This document shows positions 49,338 to 64,000 of a DNA stretch of 64,000 nucleotides, piece by piece (the first letter of the stretch is position 1; each line of letters begins with the position of its first letter). The translations under genes and the position numbers were made by a program. Location: NCBI GenBank assembly GCA_053919585.1, contig CM132788.1; one strand, 5' to 3'. The notes beneath the pieces are model-generated. The model did not search any database. It was given only the letters and a program-made list of their open reading frames with translations, and was not told the origin of the DNA. The stretch is from Euprymna scolopes (Eukaryota).

Positions 49338-52300
49338 ATAAGGGTAGATATAAACCATGGCAGAAATAAACATCGGTAGAATATTTGAGATAATCTTCAT
49401 TTGAAAATATCTAAAATCGTAACAAATAATCAATAAACACCACACCTGACATACGATCTTGACTAATAATATGTAAAAAGCTAGAGCAGGGGGAACACAC
49501 ATACTTCCCATTGATAATCCCATATACGGCTAAATTAGGAATTTTCGAGATAATGCCGTGTATATTAGGAGACTAGCCTGAGGAAAACAATAAAATCGTT
49601 AGAATCCAATCCTAATAGAAGTCAAAAGAATTACACACGAACGACTATTGTTTATGCCATAAAACGATGACATAAAAGCAAATAATATAGCTATTTACAG
49701 ACTCCCAGATTATTAATTAACACTAAAAATATAAAAGGAAAAGTAAACTATACTTTAGATATAACAAAATGTCAACTTTATGAAGAAGGCTACGAAATAC
49801 TAATCCATTTAAGTAAATGAAGCACGCTTGCAATTAAACTAAATAAGATCACTAAGTGAGAAACGACAGAAAGCGTATACGTGTACATATTCAAATGAGA
49901 CTGAAAATATATTTGGTGCATCTATATTGTGCAAATAGTATTTCCAATGCATATCCCAACATCTTAAATCAACTTTCCCGTGCTCTGTTAGTTTTATGTT
50001 TAAAATTGAGTTTAGAACTCCAAACTATGTGACTGAATGGACAGTTACACCCTTGTATTTTTATTAAGAACTAGCTGCCAATTTCCAACGTTTCCAGTAA
50101 ATAATATTACATTTTTAAAACCATGTGTTGTACGGAGCTACTTTTTATTTCACTAAAGTATTTTAAATATTATGATTTTAAAGTTAAGCCTAATACTACC
50201 ATTATGATACCATTATCATTTCGCATTATAATTTTCTGTAAAACAAATTACTATTTAAAATGTATGTTTATATAGGCAAAACATGGTATAAACATATGTA
50301 CATATAAATAATTAGTGACTATAAATAATACCTAAATTACTTAATGTGTTATACTTCAAAGAAGTTTTAACAGCTGAACAGTAGTGACTGATATTCTATT
50401 CACTAGTTTACGTACATTCAAATTATTTCGACATTCTAAAGTCTATCAACAGTGTCTGTTTCGTTTAAAATTGTAAAAGCAAACATACATTACTAACATA
50501 TTAAAAAATATTTCTGCATTATTTTTTTTTGTAATTAAGTTATTGCCTAGTTTAAGTTATCTTGATTGTTATACTCATTTTGAGTGTTATTGCAAAAAAG
50601 TTCTGGCCAATGTTGCATGCGACTTGCTTCAGGAGTATTTTATCGAATTCGGCAATCTTTGTATTGGAATCGAGAATCATTATGGAATTCTGAACATGAC
50701 CCTGTATTCCAACTATAGGGTTAGCATACATCCGTTTCATGAACTCTAAGTTGATGGAAGTCATAAGCAATTGTATTTTAGTATCGCACATAATAGGGAT
50801 ATCTTTTTAAACCTCGAGTAACTTATAACTGAGTTTTACTCTTGTATATTCTTTACTGCATCACGTGCTTTGTAGATATAGATATTTCCTGTAGTAAACC
50901 TGAAGAAAATGGATGTTTAAAATTGCGCCATAAAATGAGCGTTATAAAGATACAACCAATATTTAAAACCGACGTGTGTCAGACTAAATGTTAAGTGTAG
51001 CAAACTGAGAAATAAATAAATGTATTTATTACAATATTAGTATCTTAAAAAGTGAAACATTTCAAATCTGATCGTAAAGTGAACGAATATATTTTAAGAA
51101 CGAATGGAGAGTGTTTGGGACTAATGTCGTGCAATTTTACAGTCTGTTTCAATCCATTGCCGCTTGTCGTTTATCTTGTGCAAGACGGCAATTCACAGAA
51201 CGAATAAAAGCATACTTATATAAAAAAACAATAAAAACAGACGTATTGCGATGATTGCATTCGAAAAAGAAACAGCGAAAAGTCTCATCCAGAATAATCT
51301 ACTTTCCTGACAGATAAACAAAATATAAAAACACTCCGTCACGTGAATGCGTAAAATTCGAAAAAGATTACTTCAGTTAGGAAACAAACGAATTCGGTGT
51401 TTACAACAACAGTTGTCAGAATCTGTAATCGAATTGACAATTCTGTAAGCTTTATCTTCCGCTGAGCATCGCTGCTGTCAAAACGGAATGATTACTAACA
51501 AATGCATTACTGGCATTGCTGTATGCTAAATGTACTAGAAAGTACATAAATAAAAGAACACATGCACTCATAACCTCTTTTAAAGTCAGAGAAATACGAA
51601 ACACCAAATTGAGACATATCATCATATATTTACTTCAGATAATATCTGCGTGAGGTAATATCGTCTCATATAATTTCTTTACAGTTGCTTTTAATTGCAA
51701 GGTTCCTAGACAACCGTGGCCAGTACAAATACGGACGGAGTAGCAAAGTCGGTAAACACGCTTAAGACCTTTTACAAACTATACAAAAGACATATTACCA
51801 TCTCTCTAGTTTTCGAGTTAATTGCTTTAAACATGTTTCTGACATCTACGTAATACTACGTCGGACACCCTTTTTTTAATTATTGTTTGTGTTCTAACAT
51901 TATTTTCTATCAAAACATCTTAATATCCATAATTGTGTTTTCGTTATTATTACATTCTACTTTTACAAGTAATTTTAACTATCAATATTATCGGTGACTC
52001 GCACACTTGCACTACCAATATTCAACACAAGCGTTTTAATGCAGTACTTCACACTACTTCTGAAAGCACTATGTTAACGAAGCAGTACGTTCGTAATTAT
52101 TCAAATTGCAATTATCGGGTTTTGAATTGATACGCTACGAAACGGAAGATATTTTATAACAATGACTAAAGTAATATAATAGAGGAGGGAGAAAACAAGA
52201 TGACTAAAATATAACTATCTTAACTGCCACTTCCGTTAAAAGCCTGCCACTTTGTAAGTCAATCCATGCATTCTACTGCTCGGAAAATAGATATACATTA

Positions 52301-52794
52301 ATATTTCTCGAATATACTTTAGTTTAGAAACTCTAGCGCATTTAATCTGTCAGTGTATGTTTTAAGAATTTTTTTCTATGCTATTAAATAAAATAATTAC
52401 ATTTACGTATATACGTAGATAATGCTATAAGTTATAAGCAATGCATGTAAAACATAAAAAAAGAATGTATATTCTCTTTATATATAAGTTTCTGTTCATC
52501 GTTTTTTACCTTTTGCTTTTTCCGCATTGATAACCAGACTATTGAATGCACACATTATTATTTTAATAATTAGCAAAGAAATCGAACACCCGTTTTGATA
52601 GTTTACATGCTACATTGAATAAAATCCAGAGAAGTATTTTTATTCCATGGATATTACACAAATCATATGTGATGAAAATAATTTTCGAATAACGATTGTA
52701 ATATATAATAAGACATACATCGAATAAACTCCAGTTTTGTCCGACGTATTGTTATGTAATCATAAGAATAACATTTCCTACAATAATTAACATC

Positions 52795-52846
<52 letters not shown>

Positions 52847-53121
52847 GTGTGTGTGGATGGATGGGTTAGTGTGTGTGTAAGAGTTCATTTTTTTCGAATA
52901 GACTACTTCTACATTTCTGTTGTTATAAGAATTTACAAATATAGACAAATATAGACACACATACATACATACATACATACATACATGATGATGATTGCAA
53001 CGTCTTGTCAGACGAGCGCCACTCCCCCAGACACTGAAAGTTCATGAGCCCGAAAATGACATTCAGTCCTGCCGGCGAATTCACATGCTCAAGCAGACAT
53101 GAGACTGAAGACGGTTATTGG

Positions 53122-53575
53122 TATACATACATATATATACACGCACGCACACATACATATGTACAGATATCACACGTGCATACATGCACAATACATAATA
53201 CTCACACATACATATACATACACACACACGTGCAAACATACACAAGACGGTCATTGGCATATATACATATAAATATATACATGCAAACATACATATCCTT
53301 AAGCAGACGCTCATATATACCCATATACATACACAATGCATAATACCAAACATACATATACATAGTCACATGTATACATACACACATACATACATATACC
53401 TCCACGTATACACACATATATACAAATATATACACACATATACTTACACATACACATCCATATACGTACACATATGAACATATATATACATACACTTACC
53501 TACATATACATACACATACATATCTAAGCATTCATACACATACACCGATACATGCACATCTACACATACCTATAT
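53122..53575. repeat. degenerate (CA/TA)n low-complexity tract
   Basis: Direct reading; a similar tract lies at 41730-41950. Confidence 0.9.
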
Positions 53576-55890
53576 TTGCATTTCAACAGATATGTCTTTT
53601 TTCCAGTAAGAATATTAATTGCGTTCATATTTTTAAAATTACATTAACGACTATATGCCGTCACTAAAATTTCCCTCTCTTTAACAGCGCCAACCCTCAT
53701 CCTCCTTTTTGAATTTCCAATGTCTTTTTCCGTTTTTCTGAAATAGAACTGCATCAGACTTTGCAGGTGAAACATTTTCAAATATTTTGTACTGGTATTT
53801 TTTGTTTCTTAATCTCATTCATCCAGAGGAAGTCTCGAAATAAAGACAAAACATTGATGGACACATAATACGGTGTGTTCCCTTTTATTTCTCTATTTTG
53901 TCGGAATACTATTTCCATTATTACATCAATATATATATATATATATATATATTCATATCTTAAGAGTACATAATTAAATATGGAGCGATAACCTAATTTT
54001 CAAAACATGTTAATCTCAATAATAAACAGTGTTGTAATCCATACATTTTGATATGTAATAAATAACCATCTGATAAAACTTGATATCTGTAATTTGGAGA
54101 AGTGTTATATTACACATACACACACACGCACACATACAAGCACACATATATATATATATGTGTGTGTGAGTGTGTGTGTGAGTGGGTGTGTGTGAGTGTG
54201 GGTGTGTGCGTTCGACATATAAAATTAAATATCTCTTATTTTAATGCATACAGTTGCCTTTTGTATACATCGATTACCTGCATTTATTGACATTTTATAA
54301 AAGTGTGATCTGAACTGAGTATTAGATACATTACGATGATACTAATATATTCAGTTAGATTATGGGAGAATAAGAAATAAATATATTGGAGCAATGTTGG
54401 AAAAGAGGACACATTTGGCAGCAATTATGAAGGAGTCAGTGGTGTTATAAAAAGCACAGATTCCGGAAACTGGAAAGCGAAACTCAAGATTTTTTTTTAA
54501 ATTATCTACATTTAATTATGTTTTGGTTGTGGCGTAAATTGAATAGAATAACCAAAAACATTATGTTTTATCATTAGGCCTTAACCGATGTATTAATCTC
54601 TTGCCTCCGTAGATTATGAGTTAAACTTTTTACAGCGAATGGCATGATAAACGAGAATGTGTTTCTGTAATCTTTTTTCAAAAGTTATAGGCGAAGTCGC
54701 TTCCCTGATGTGACAGATCTGTTTAATCATTCCCAAAGAAATAGATAATGGAAAAAAGATCTATTTATCCTGCGTTCGCGATAAAATTATACTGTGTTCA
54801 TTCGCCGCCAAAGAATTACACATGCATCGATACTTGTATTTGTTATCTTTGAATGCGTTAGAAAATTTTATCTGCAGCGATAGAAATTATAATCACCCCA
54901 AAATATAAATCTTATGATTAAGTGTATTTCAAACATAAAAGCAAATTCAATAGTATCGTTCTAACGAATACATGATCAAGGCAAATTATCATAATAGGAA
55001 AGCTATGTATTCAAATAGAAAAATTGAAAGCGCTTTATCTTGTTAGAATATTTTTTATCTCAGGAAATTTGCATGATTGCGTTATTTAATGGATCTGTGC
55101 ACCCCTGTACAGTATATTAGCAAAGTGTTATTCTAAGAATCGGTTATATTTTGATAAATAATGGGGGAAAATAAAAAAACACACTTGTTCCGATTTTTTA
55201 AACTCTCTCTGTGTTTTCGAATCGGGAAATTGTGTTTGTTGTTTTTTTTTTCCTGTCACCAATTCTGAGATTATTCCCGATCATATTCATTATTCAATTT
55301 TTCTCCAGAATTAGTCCGCATATTAACTAATTTAATACTTTCCAAATTAAACATATTTCGCCACGCCTTTTACGTGTATAACTACAAAATATACATCTTA
55401 ATTTGGTAGATTTATGTTTACCACTAAATGCTTAGAAAACAATGTTGAAATAAATTCCTTAATGCTACTTTCATTTTCGTTTGTATTAATTCAATCATTT
55501 TATGTCTCTTAGCATAAAATGTTGAATGCATTTTAAACAGAATATTTAAAATAAACATCATTGTCTGCCATTGTTTAATTGTATTTTAACTGCATTTGTT
55601 AAATGTAAATATTTCAGAGAAATTTAAAATTTTACTAAAGACGTTTGCTTTCTTCAGATTGACATGAGATATCACCTTTGTTTTACAATGAATTAATATT
55701 TTAGTTTCTGTTCTAAGACCCTCTCAAAAGTAGTTTCTCAAAAGTAGTGGGTATTTTTGTGCGCGGCGGAGTTAAAGTATAAAATACGTGATGCATAATT
55801 ATTCAAATAATTTCATTGGTAAAATTATTTAATGAAAATTGCGGAAACCTTACTGTATACGTTATAGTGTAATTTCGCAGGAAAAGTAAT

Positions 55891-56164
55891 ATGTGTGTGT
55901 TAAACAGACTAATGGCTTTCTCCAAGTGAAGAAGCTCCATGGGAGTATGTAATTCAAAAGTCGTCCCCGGTGGCATGTATGTCTCCGTTAGGGGAGATAC
56001 AACGTAAGCTTTTTGCACCTCTGTCAGGGAGAGTTCGACGTCCTCCTACATACACGCCTGGAATACCCAAATTAGTCAGCATTTTAGTAATTAAAAAGCT
56101 CAACGTTGCTTAACTCCGTTGATATGACGAGTACGGTTGCATCAACATGATTATGGCGTAAAAC
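55891..56164 (-). mobile_element. 5S rRNA-derived SINE-like element, copy B (different body)
   Basis: Minus strand 56164-56045: TTTACGCCATAATCATGTTGATGCAACCGTACTCGTCATATCAACGGAGTTAAGCAACGTTGAGC..TGGGTATTCCAGG..TGTAGG is 5S-like; then a ~145-bp body and a (CA)n tail. Confidence 0.7.
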
Positions 56165-58101
56165 CTAAATAAACCATATTGTAAGAATTTTAGTTTGCAA
56201 AGTTTAATCAATATTCTGTTTTGTGAAGTTGCATGATTAGCTATATTCAGAATGTCTGATTCCGTAAATGTATCAGGCACGTGCTAAAATGCCGTATAAA
56301 ACTTGTATGTTGTAGATTCTCTGTTTAAATGTAGTAAATACTCTAAATACCGCCAGTACGTATAGTAATATAATTTTAAATGTATTAAGTTTTATTGTTG
56401 AATACAACGATGCTCAATATCATCGGTTGGATGTATGTGAAAGCTTCGACAAGGACTAAGAAAATAGAGATACAAAGGAGAAACAGAACAAATCGAATGT
56501 GGTGGAAAAACAGATAAGTGGATTTTAATATATATTATTGACTGTTTTGTGTTTTATATAAAGGTTTAATAAGTTTTTTTTACAAATGAAAACATATCCA
56601 AGGAAGTACAATATAGTATCAAATCTAAAGTTGATCCTTTTAAATGTATATGCATACTTTTTTTTTAATTAGACTCAAATATTAAGTAAAATAATATATC
56701 AAAATGAGATACAAGTAATAAAAGAATTTCTGGCAATGGCATGAAAATGCTAAAATAAATTTTTCTATAATCCATAAAAATGATACGGGATGCAATGTGA
56801 AAGTTATCTTCAGAATATCATTTATATAACATCTAAAAAAGAAAAATATAAAAACTTAATTTGAATAGGAATTTACCCCGGATTTATTTTATAGCATGTG
56901 CCTTTTGTTTCCGTTTTAAACCAAATATTTTAACCGTACTTATATTATTATAAGCTGATAAATATTAGAAATATTTAATGTTTTGATTTAATGTATATAA
57001 TATAAAATGTTGTCATTGTAATAAGGAAATCTATTAAATGTTTTTTTTTTCTGATTACCTCCGTAATGTTAAAAAAAGCGTTGTTTGAAAATTGATGAAT
57101 TGAAAAGTCTATGCGATAGCTTTAATTTATAAGTTAATAAAAATATATTTGTGTTCATTAAATGTTTCTGTACTTGTACAATGATTCTCGACTATTTAAT
57201 TGAAAACTTTATGTTTAACCATAATCAAGGCCTAAACAGTAATTATAGGAATATGAAATCAACAGCGCGTAATTTGAGATTACATCGGCGCTTTCGAAAT
57301 AAATTTTCCATGTAAAACTGTAATGCAAGCTATTAGATATAAAATGTTCTCATAAAAGCAACAATATGTTCTCTATAGTGTAATTTAGACAATGAAATTT
57401 CACAGAAATTTACTTAATATACCTGGCGGTGTTCTTCGTAGAATTTCTTATATTAGTATCGATAACTGTTTATGGAAAAAATCCGATGAAATGTACAGGG
57501 GTTTTGACTAATTTATTACATTTGCCAGCCTTACAATGCAGATCCATTTGAGAGGATTTATGTCCACACAAGACGGAATTACCGCCATATAAAGTTAATA
57601 GAAATGTGTCTGATATGACAACGGCGCTTTTAAAACTAATGTTTCTGATTAAAGAACAATTTACCCATAGGAATAAATTTTTACATTTTAAACTTAATTC
57701 AATGAATTATCAAAATATAAACAAAAGACCAGCCAAATAAAATAATTCATTTTTTTTATTTGACACCGGCGTGTTCAGAAAGAATGTGTCCTTTAAAGAG
57801 AACAACTGAACTATCACGTCATCATTTTAAACTTAAATTAAACCCATTGTATGACAAGTGTTTAAATTCAAGATAGCGTTCCAACAGAAAATAGAACCTG
57901 CAATGTGCTGTTTACTAAACAACTGCAAGGAGGCGTGTTACGCAAACTAACGGTGCACTGCTATAGGTTCTGAATTCGAGCATGCGATCAATCGATTCTA
58001 TTGAAAACAAAACTATTTCTTCGATGTTGGTAACAATATACATATAGGATTGTGAACATCCGTATATAGTTATTCCAAACCCTGATAACATAGTAGGCAA
58101 A

Positions 58102-58156
<55 letters not shown>

Positions 58157-58289
58157 TTCATCAATGTATTTATAAATTCATTCTTTGTATGTTTGCATTT
58201 AGAAACATTATCATATGAGCCGGAAGTGTTCTATTTGCAGATTTCCTAATTAATTATTCCCATTAATTTCAGCGTTGCCGTACTGTTAA

Positions 58290-60720
58290 TCGTATATCCC
58301 TTCACATATTTCCAAATTGAATGCCCGTCGACTCATAATTATTAAATATTTGTCTGATGGCATTGTTGCATATCTGTTTAAAATGTTTCTCAACATTTAT
58401 TTCGAGGATGTAGCCTATCTACAAAGCATCTTTCCTTCTCTTGCACCAGGTAAACTCGTACTTCCTATAAAATATCCGAGATTCTTAAAAGTGTACATGC
58501 CTATCATGCATTTAAGACGCGCATACCGAAACAGCATGCGTGTTGATACAAGCAAACAATCGCTCATTGATGAGGACACATTCGAATGCATGGAGTTACG
58601 TCACCGTTCTCTTCATTTTCTATAAATTGCTCTTCTTTCTTTATTGATTTCAGTTATATTATACGGGATGCTTCCCACATATTGATTGACAACGTTCCAA
58701 TCGTTTTCTTCTCCACTTGTTTTTACAGAGTCGTACCGTAGCGCTGCATATCTTATGCCACTGTTTATAGATTATTATAATCTATCACAATGGTAATCAA
58801 AAATTTATCAGAACAATGGGGTTTAATATTCATAAAAAAAAATATATATATATATTACTGTGTGTATGAAATTCTGTGGGTATAAATCTATGAAACCGTA
58901 CACCTTAATCATTTTGAACGTTCTATGTTGCTCTATAGTTCCGGCTTTCATTAGTTCAAGTATCCAATGAAAAAGTCAAAACCACTAGGCATCGTATCGA
59001 TTACTTGTTGAAAGGTAGCTGGTTCGAATTAGATTCTGAAAGCTAATCAAGTGAATTCAAATAAACCCCTTTTAGGTGGAAAGTACACAAAATCTTCTTG
59101 GTTTTAATCTGCAACCGGAATTTGTAAGTACGTTTTACTTAGATCTACTTTTGAGGATATTTTCCCTCCATTTAATTTAGTAAACACTTACACGGGGCTA
59201 GATAGTTAGTAAAGCTGATCTATCAGTTCTGCATAAAACACAGCTGTAACGTCTGCACAGACTCTGACATTCTTAGATGCTTTCTTTACATACCCGGTGG
59301 GAGGGTGCTGTAGTCGACTATGGTAAAAATTGCTGTTTTCATGAATCTCTCTGAAGCGTCCACGATCTTTTGTATGCAGGCAAAATGTACCCTCTGTTTC
59401 TTTTTTAAGACTGGGGTACATTTTATTTTTCAATTTGAATTCCACTCCCTTTATATACAGTGAATAGTTTATTCGAACAAAACATTGGGGAACCATTCCG
59501 TCAGACCTTCGTTTAGTTTTCAGCTTCGGTTGTAAGGTTACCCACTTTAATCCATGCTAATGTGCGAATCTCAGAGCTCAAATTCTTGGATCTGGTCATT
59601 GCCAAAAATGATTATTATTGTTCTTTACACTAACACCTTCAGTTTCATGGTCTTTTTCTTGAAAGTCACGCTAGTAGTAATCTCACCTTCGAACCCCGTT
59701 CGGTTTCTGGTTACTTAAAGAGCAACTTTTTTTGGTTCTCATCATTATAATTTATTTTCAATTTTCTACCAAGTACGGTGGATATAATGGACACATTTTA
59801 CCCACTCTAAGGTGGAAGACTAACATTCTTGTCCAAGATTTTTACCGCAACGTACTTTCGTACACTTTCGTCCCCTACTTGAGCCTTTCTTTTACGTACC
59901 TAATGCGGGGTCTTTTTGGTCTGCAATGTGAGGCGTTCTGTCCGTTACGTCTGAACGTATCACACTTCCATAACCAGTATGGACACGCGTTGTACTAGTG
60001 AAGTTATCCACATCTTTTGCATGGATAGTGGGGCAAATCAAGTTTCTTTGTGATTTTTCCAGAAAATTATGTTTTAATTTCGATTGATCGTTGGGAAGTA
60101 AGAATATTTTACTTCATATCTTTCTGAATGCTACTCCTGCATCTTATATATATATTTGGAAAGTTTCGTGTCAAAAATGCTCCTTTAGCATTCGTCTGTT
60201 TATTGATATCTGTCACATTTCTAATCTGTTTAAGGCCTGCCGTCTGAATTCAGCATCCATGATCGACACTAAGCAATGAATGAAAAGCAGGGCATTTAAG
60301 TTGTCGACCGCCAATGATGATAGTCCAAAATCGAGACAATGTCTGTTTACGAGTGAAGCAAATCTGAGGTAGTATTGGCCTTCTTTACAGGTCAAGTTGA
60401 TACATTTCCATTTTTATCAAATAAGATGGATTCTGGGCAGTATAATTCCATTACAAATTTCACAGCCCCGTCGAACGCCAATTCGCTCTTCTGTTCCAGG
60501 ATGATATAATCAAAGAACTTATTATTTTCTGCAGCTTCCAATTTTTGTAATAAAATACAAGTTTTTATTTGCTCGCTTCATAAAAGCAACCTGTCCTGAA
60601 TATACCAACAAAATTGCAAAAATATGTTCCAAAGGCAAATCCTCTTTAGGAATCTAGTGAAATTTTTCTACTGCTGATCAGCTTTAGTTTGAGAAAAACA
60701 TTATTCTTTAATTCTGTTAT
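58290..60720 (-). mobile_element. decayed Ty3/Gypsy LTR retrotransposon internal region (gag, protease, RT, integrase Zn region), internally deleted
   Basis: Gag-like FDYIILEQKSELAFDGAVKFVMELY..KCINLTCKEGQYYLRFASLVNRHC..DAEFRRQALNRLE; Zn-knuckle relic ACPY..KC..SHCR; protease RKYVAVKILDK; RT YVKK..VRVCAD, KLNGGKISSKVDLSKTYLQIPV, PATFQQVIDTM. LTRs not identified. Confidence 0.8.
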
Positions 60721-62330
60721 TGTCTCGTTGAAAAACCGTTAGGAAGGCACTCATTATACTTTCATAGAAAATAGAGAAAATACGGGTGAGTTCAATAAAA
60801 GGTCGTCTATTATTTAAAATAAACCTATGTAGGGCTTTTCTCGAAATATTTTAATCTCCACTGCTAAGGTCTGATGTAAGGGTTCACAATAATGTGGGGA
60901 AAGTGTATTGGGTTTTAATGAGCGCAGTTAACGATTTTACTTGGGGATAAACATGTTTGGCATTATACAAGCCAAAAATATCTATATTGTCAAGTTATAT
61001 AGTCATGTTAGAACAGCCACCCAATGATTGCGATTAAAATACTATTTTATAGAATTTACAATAAAACAGTAAACATATATATAAATGTTTAATATGTAAC
61101 TGTGATTTTTGCAACAATCTAAAGGGAAACATGTTATACTGTTTAACATTCTATTAATGGTAACAACTATTAATAATATAGAAAACATATTCGAAAGTAA
61201 TTAACAGAGAATAGAAAAATTGGCGTAAGCAATAGGAAATAATATGTGTTACTATATGTATACGTTTATTTAAAGAACGTATTATTAAAAGTAAATGATG
61301 GCTGTCGATAAACTTAGAAAATCGAAGATTTGTTTATGTTAATCGGTGAAAGTCCAGAATAAAAGAGGGGGATGACGAAGACATGTGCCTATGCTTAAGT
61401 TGTATAAGTATTAATTTGGAAAATTCTACCAATGTATTCAATTTTGTTTTGTGAAAATTATTCACAAATACAAATATTAAAATAAATGAAAATATAGTAG
61501 CACCAAATATTGATCCAAACAATTTTCAAAGCAGACTGTTACGGCAACACTATTAAGGAAAACCTATTGCTATACTTAAATTCAGGTTATTTGTTTTTCC
61601 AGTTACATAAAGATTAACCTAAGTTTTATAAGCCTTGTTATCAAGCGTATGATTATCTCCAAAAATATTCAAAAAGAAAATGAACCCATATTAAAAAGAT
61701 ATTTACGTCATAACTAATTGCTGATCAAATTAGCAGAAAGAAATATTAGAGATTATAAAATAATATAAATGAGTAATCTATTTCATATATAAGAGAGATT
61801 AATATAGTTTTAAAAATATCATAGTAAATGGATTGAAGTTTATATATGAGAATAATTATATAAATCAGTTGTAACAAAAATGAGTATATTACAAATATGT
61901 TATAGCTTATAACGTGTACAACATTTGATAGCTAAGGATGGAAATATGCGTACCAATTCTAAATATACATTGATGGCTAGACTAAAGACAATTGGCGGAG
62001 ATTAATGCACCCTGGGGAAGAAATAGCACTGAATATAGGGATATCTTTTACACGAGCGATTACATGAAAATAGCAAAGAAAAATTACTATAGTGCGTCTG
62101 CTAGATGCTTTTTAAATTCGAATTAACATTAGAATACCTATAAGATTAAAAAAATTGATGATTCGAATATAATCATAATGTTGTTAGCTAATAAACAAAC
62201 ATTTAAAGAAAAATACTTAGAACAATCATCTAATGTGCATGGCCCCAAAGTCATGAAAAAGTTTATGTTGTTCAAACTCATATATTCATTATTAACTTAT
62301 GTATTGCTGAATTAACACCACCGTAAAATG

Positions 62331-62598
62331 GTCCTGGATATGACCTAAAACTTATTCCAGTGGTGTGGCCCCAGCTTGCGGGTTCTGGGGAGTGTGGAGC
62401 CACCCTTTAATTGGCAGTGATCTCAGGTTCACTCTGACCTGGAGTTGTAGTACCTATTAAGGTCCCAACAATGAGTTTAATAGAAACACAGCAAATATAT
62501 TTTATTAAAAAACATTTCTTCAAAATCTTTCGTTTCGACATTGATAACCTGAAAAGGGGTGATATGCCGTAAAACAAAAACAACCTAACCAACCCAAC
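62331..62598 (+). mobile_element. SINE-like interspersed repeat, copy 3
   Basis: GTCCTGGATATGACCTAAAAC..GGTTCACTCTGACCTGGAGTTGTAGTACCT..TGATATGCCGTAAAACAAAAACAACC; same family as 1495-1755. Confidence 0.85.
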
Positions 62599-64000
62599 AA
62601 TAGGAATCGTATCATTTAAACTATTAAACCAAGCGGTGTGTTGTTACATTACATACATTTTAAAACCAATATGTATCTAATACCATAGCACTATAACATT
62701 ATGTTACCAATTATTTTAAAATATCCTACGAACTTAATAGGAAAAAAAATAAACAAATATAAAGGATAGAATGAGATACATAAATAAGCGAATAGAGCAG
62801 ATATATTAATTCTTGACTTTTTTTATTAATAACAAAAACTATATTTGTTATTACAAGTTTTAATCCAAATGCCTTCTTTTACGTTACCCAAAATATTGTA
62901 AGCACTTTGGGAATGAGTGGTAAATTGATTTCAATAGAATATATATTCCTAGTTAAAACGACGTAGCATCACTAGAGTTTCGTCTACAATCATAATAATA
63001 TGGGTTATAGCCTTTTTATTGCCAAGTTCATCTGGTCCCATATAAATAATAAATAACAATACTTATATTTATACACTCTATTCATGTAATTATTAAATAA
63101 TTCGAATATAATATAATTAAACCAACTGAAAATTTAAACTATTCAAGTTACCTCTATCAGATATAGTTGTAGTTCATATATGTAGTCATTAATTCTGATT
63201 CAATTTCAAATTGAGAGAGAAATAAACATATGTTTGTAAATTGTTTTAGTAATTTGTGTATTTAAATATTAATATTATGAATATAACCTCGATATTTTTA
63301 CTAGTACTTGTCGGTTATATAACGGTATATTCTTAGGGAAATCTTGCGATAGATCGCGCAAGCGTAAGCTTTTCACAATACACAAATAAACACAAGAAAT
63401 AAAACGGGTTTCAAAAAATGTTTTAAACACACATTTCATATATACATTTTAGATTACATAAATACCCCTTATCACATCAAATATTAACTAGCATATTTAA
63501 AATGGGCCTTGTTTACGCGCACATATCATCCTCTATACAATGGTTTAGGCAAATTTACACATGCTAAACCTTATATAAAACGGTATTCTACATAAGAAAG
63601 ATTATTAATGTGTTTATCCGGAAAGCGGATGAAAGAATTAAAACATGTTTTCTTAGATTGCACTAGTGCAACTCGCTTAGTAAATGGAATATTATTTTCA
63701 CCTGAATACTTTATGATAGCATGTGTAAACGACGGCGATATTATGGTTGGCAATCCTTATTTACAATCTTAGATCTTGTATGAGAAGATATCGATTATTT
63801 ATCCGAGGACATGCTCCAAATATGCTTTTTCACCCTTCAATAGTTATTGCAAGATTTCGAGTATGAGAAAGCAGTAAGACATTATTTTAAGTAGATAAGG
63901 GAGGGCGCGCAAATAATTTAGTCATGATCGGTTGGCACCAATCATCACTCTCTGATAATCATAGCTTTGACTTTTCTTAGGATAATCGTAAAGTAGTGTC

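Noticed and set aside
50543-50791. Overlapping 68-aa and 79-aa ORFs
   Set aside because: No recognisable motif or splice context.
51685-51751. Candidate exon (ttacag|LLLIARFLDNRGQYKYGRSSKV|gtaaac); similar candidates at ~6034-6079 and ~7151-7248
   Set aside because: Such splice-like pairs are expected by chance in AT-rich DNA; the peptides are unrecognised and form no coherent gene model.
61363-61375. Polypurine tract + TG as the LTR boundary of the Gypsy relic
   Set aside because: Wrong orientation for a minus-strand element, and no paired LTR found.

Overview
AT-rich eukaryotic (animal) DNA with four N-gaps and many (TA)n, (CA)n and (AAT)n microsatellites. No intact host protein-coding gene can be supported; most short ORFs in the track are low-complexity artefacts or transposon relics. 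The repeat families resemble those I recall from octopod cephalopods (inference only). The window is essentially a transposable-element graveyard. It holds a decayed autonomous Helitron (STPR repeats, Zn finger, HUH Rep, PIF1 helicase; ~29.5-34.1 kb) followed by a ~190-bp near-perfect palindrome, and about seven non-autonomous Helitrons or Helitron ends, some chimeric and sharing a hairpin+CTAG terminus. It also holds a Hydra-clade-like Penelope-like retroelement with an apparently intact type I hammerhead ribozyme and inverted pseudo-LTR pieces, three mariner relics, and a non-autonomous hAT-like element with an 8-bp TSD. The remaining elements are CR1/L2-group LINE fragments, a Dong/R4-like RLE LINE fragment, a Ty3/Gypsy relic, three copies of a SINE-like repeat, two different 5S-rRNA-headed SINE-like elements and a tRNA-Cys pseudogene. 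The best leads are the hammerhead ribozyme, the 5S-derived SINEs, the Helitron palindrome and concatemer architecture, and a LINE/PLE chimeric junction. All family assignments come from motif recognition by eye, not database searches.
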